From: Tubulanus polymorphus
Lineage: Eukaryota > Animalia > Nemertea
Length of the DNA: 64,000 nt
Direction of reading: 5' to 3'
NCBI RefSeq assembly: GCF_964204645.1
Contig: NC_134029.1
Location: 17,726,950 to 17,790,949 of the forward strand
Part shown: positions 63,344 through 64,000 of the stretch, in pieces
Layout of the letters: each line of letters starts with the position of its first letter
Numbering within the stretch: the first letter of the stretch is position 1
Program-made: the position numbers and the translations under genes
Notes under the pieces: model-generated
The model's input: the letters and a program-made list of their open reading frames with translations, nothing else
The model's database searches: none
What the model was told of the DNA's origin: nothing

Positions 63344-63419
63344 CTGAATAACAACAATAGTTTTGTCATAATCAGTAAAAACGATCTTCTCAATTTTTTA
63401 ACAAAATATTCTTTCACAG

Positions 63420-63560
63420 AGGGATACTATGTAACTTGGGGAGCTCGAGCTGAAATGGCTACCGCACCAGGAGCACCACTTCCGCCTCATGGTGCTGTGA
63501 TGGGTAAACTATCGGATGACGACCTAAAAACTGTCATTGAAAAGGGCCTCAAGCAATACA
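63420..63560 (+). CDS. DYNC2H1: DYNC2H1 exon 44
   Basis: GYYVTWGAR...PLPPHG...IEKGLKQY. Confidence 0.93.
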
Positions 63561-63928
63561 GTAAGTACTTGTATCGGATCATAGATAAACTGACACATTC
63601 TCGATGTAAAAGGATAATGATTGATCCCGTAATTAGTTTCATTATTTTTAGAAAAAACATTCATTACTGTTTCTATGAAGATTAGATTTAGATAGATCCT
63701 GAAACTATCATGAATAATTAAATTGAAGATATCATCAATTGTTTCATTAACATGCATTAGATTTGTCTATTACACAAATGAAATTATACCATTTCAAAGA
63801 ACCTTCTTGTATTTAGTTAAATCTATGTATGTAGGTCTTGCTGTGGTGACTTAAAAGTTACAAACTTTGCTGGCATGGAACGATTGTCTGGTCTTATTAC
63901 AGTTGTTTTATTAATGTATCTTTGACAG

Positions 63929-64000
63929 GTCGTGAAAATAGAGATATGGATGTTTTGATATTCGATGAAGTTTTAGACAATATGGCTCGTGTCGATCGTG
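63929..64000 (+). CDS. DYNC2H1: DYNC2H1 exon 45 (truncated by the window edge)
   Basis: RENRDMDVLIFDEVLDNMARVDR. Confidence 0.9.

Overview
AT-rich animal genomic DNA, probably a marine invertebrate (inferred from the repeat content only). From 22914 to the window end lies the 5' part of an intact dynein-2 heavy chain gene (DYNC2H1, + strand). I could trace 45 GT-AG-bounded coding exons with continuous phase, about 2,640 codons covering the tail, linker and AAA1-AAA3. Upstream are an intronless GT11 alpha-1,2-fucosyltransferase (- strand) and an uncharacterised ~417-aa gene (+ strand) with a 3-codon first coding exon. The first 3.8 kb is a decayed APE-RT LINE. Intergenic DNA and introns are dense with non-autonomous transposon derivatives, often nested. 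Highlights: (1) dispersed palindromic Penelope-like remnants carrying minimal type-I hammerhead ribozyme motifs, best preserved at 1597-1638; (2) a four-element nested insertion with a 3.2-kb foldback element in dynein intron 43; (3) a decayed Kolobok-type element that keeps a spliced KolX/P2X7-C-terminal-like gene fragment, with an IS3EU-like MITE in its intron; (4) an exact 46-bp copy of the exon-39 splice donor 5.5 kb upstream, which could create a poison exon. All family assignments are by eye; no database search was run. I found no CRISPR array and no confidently novel multi-gene system.
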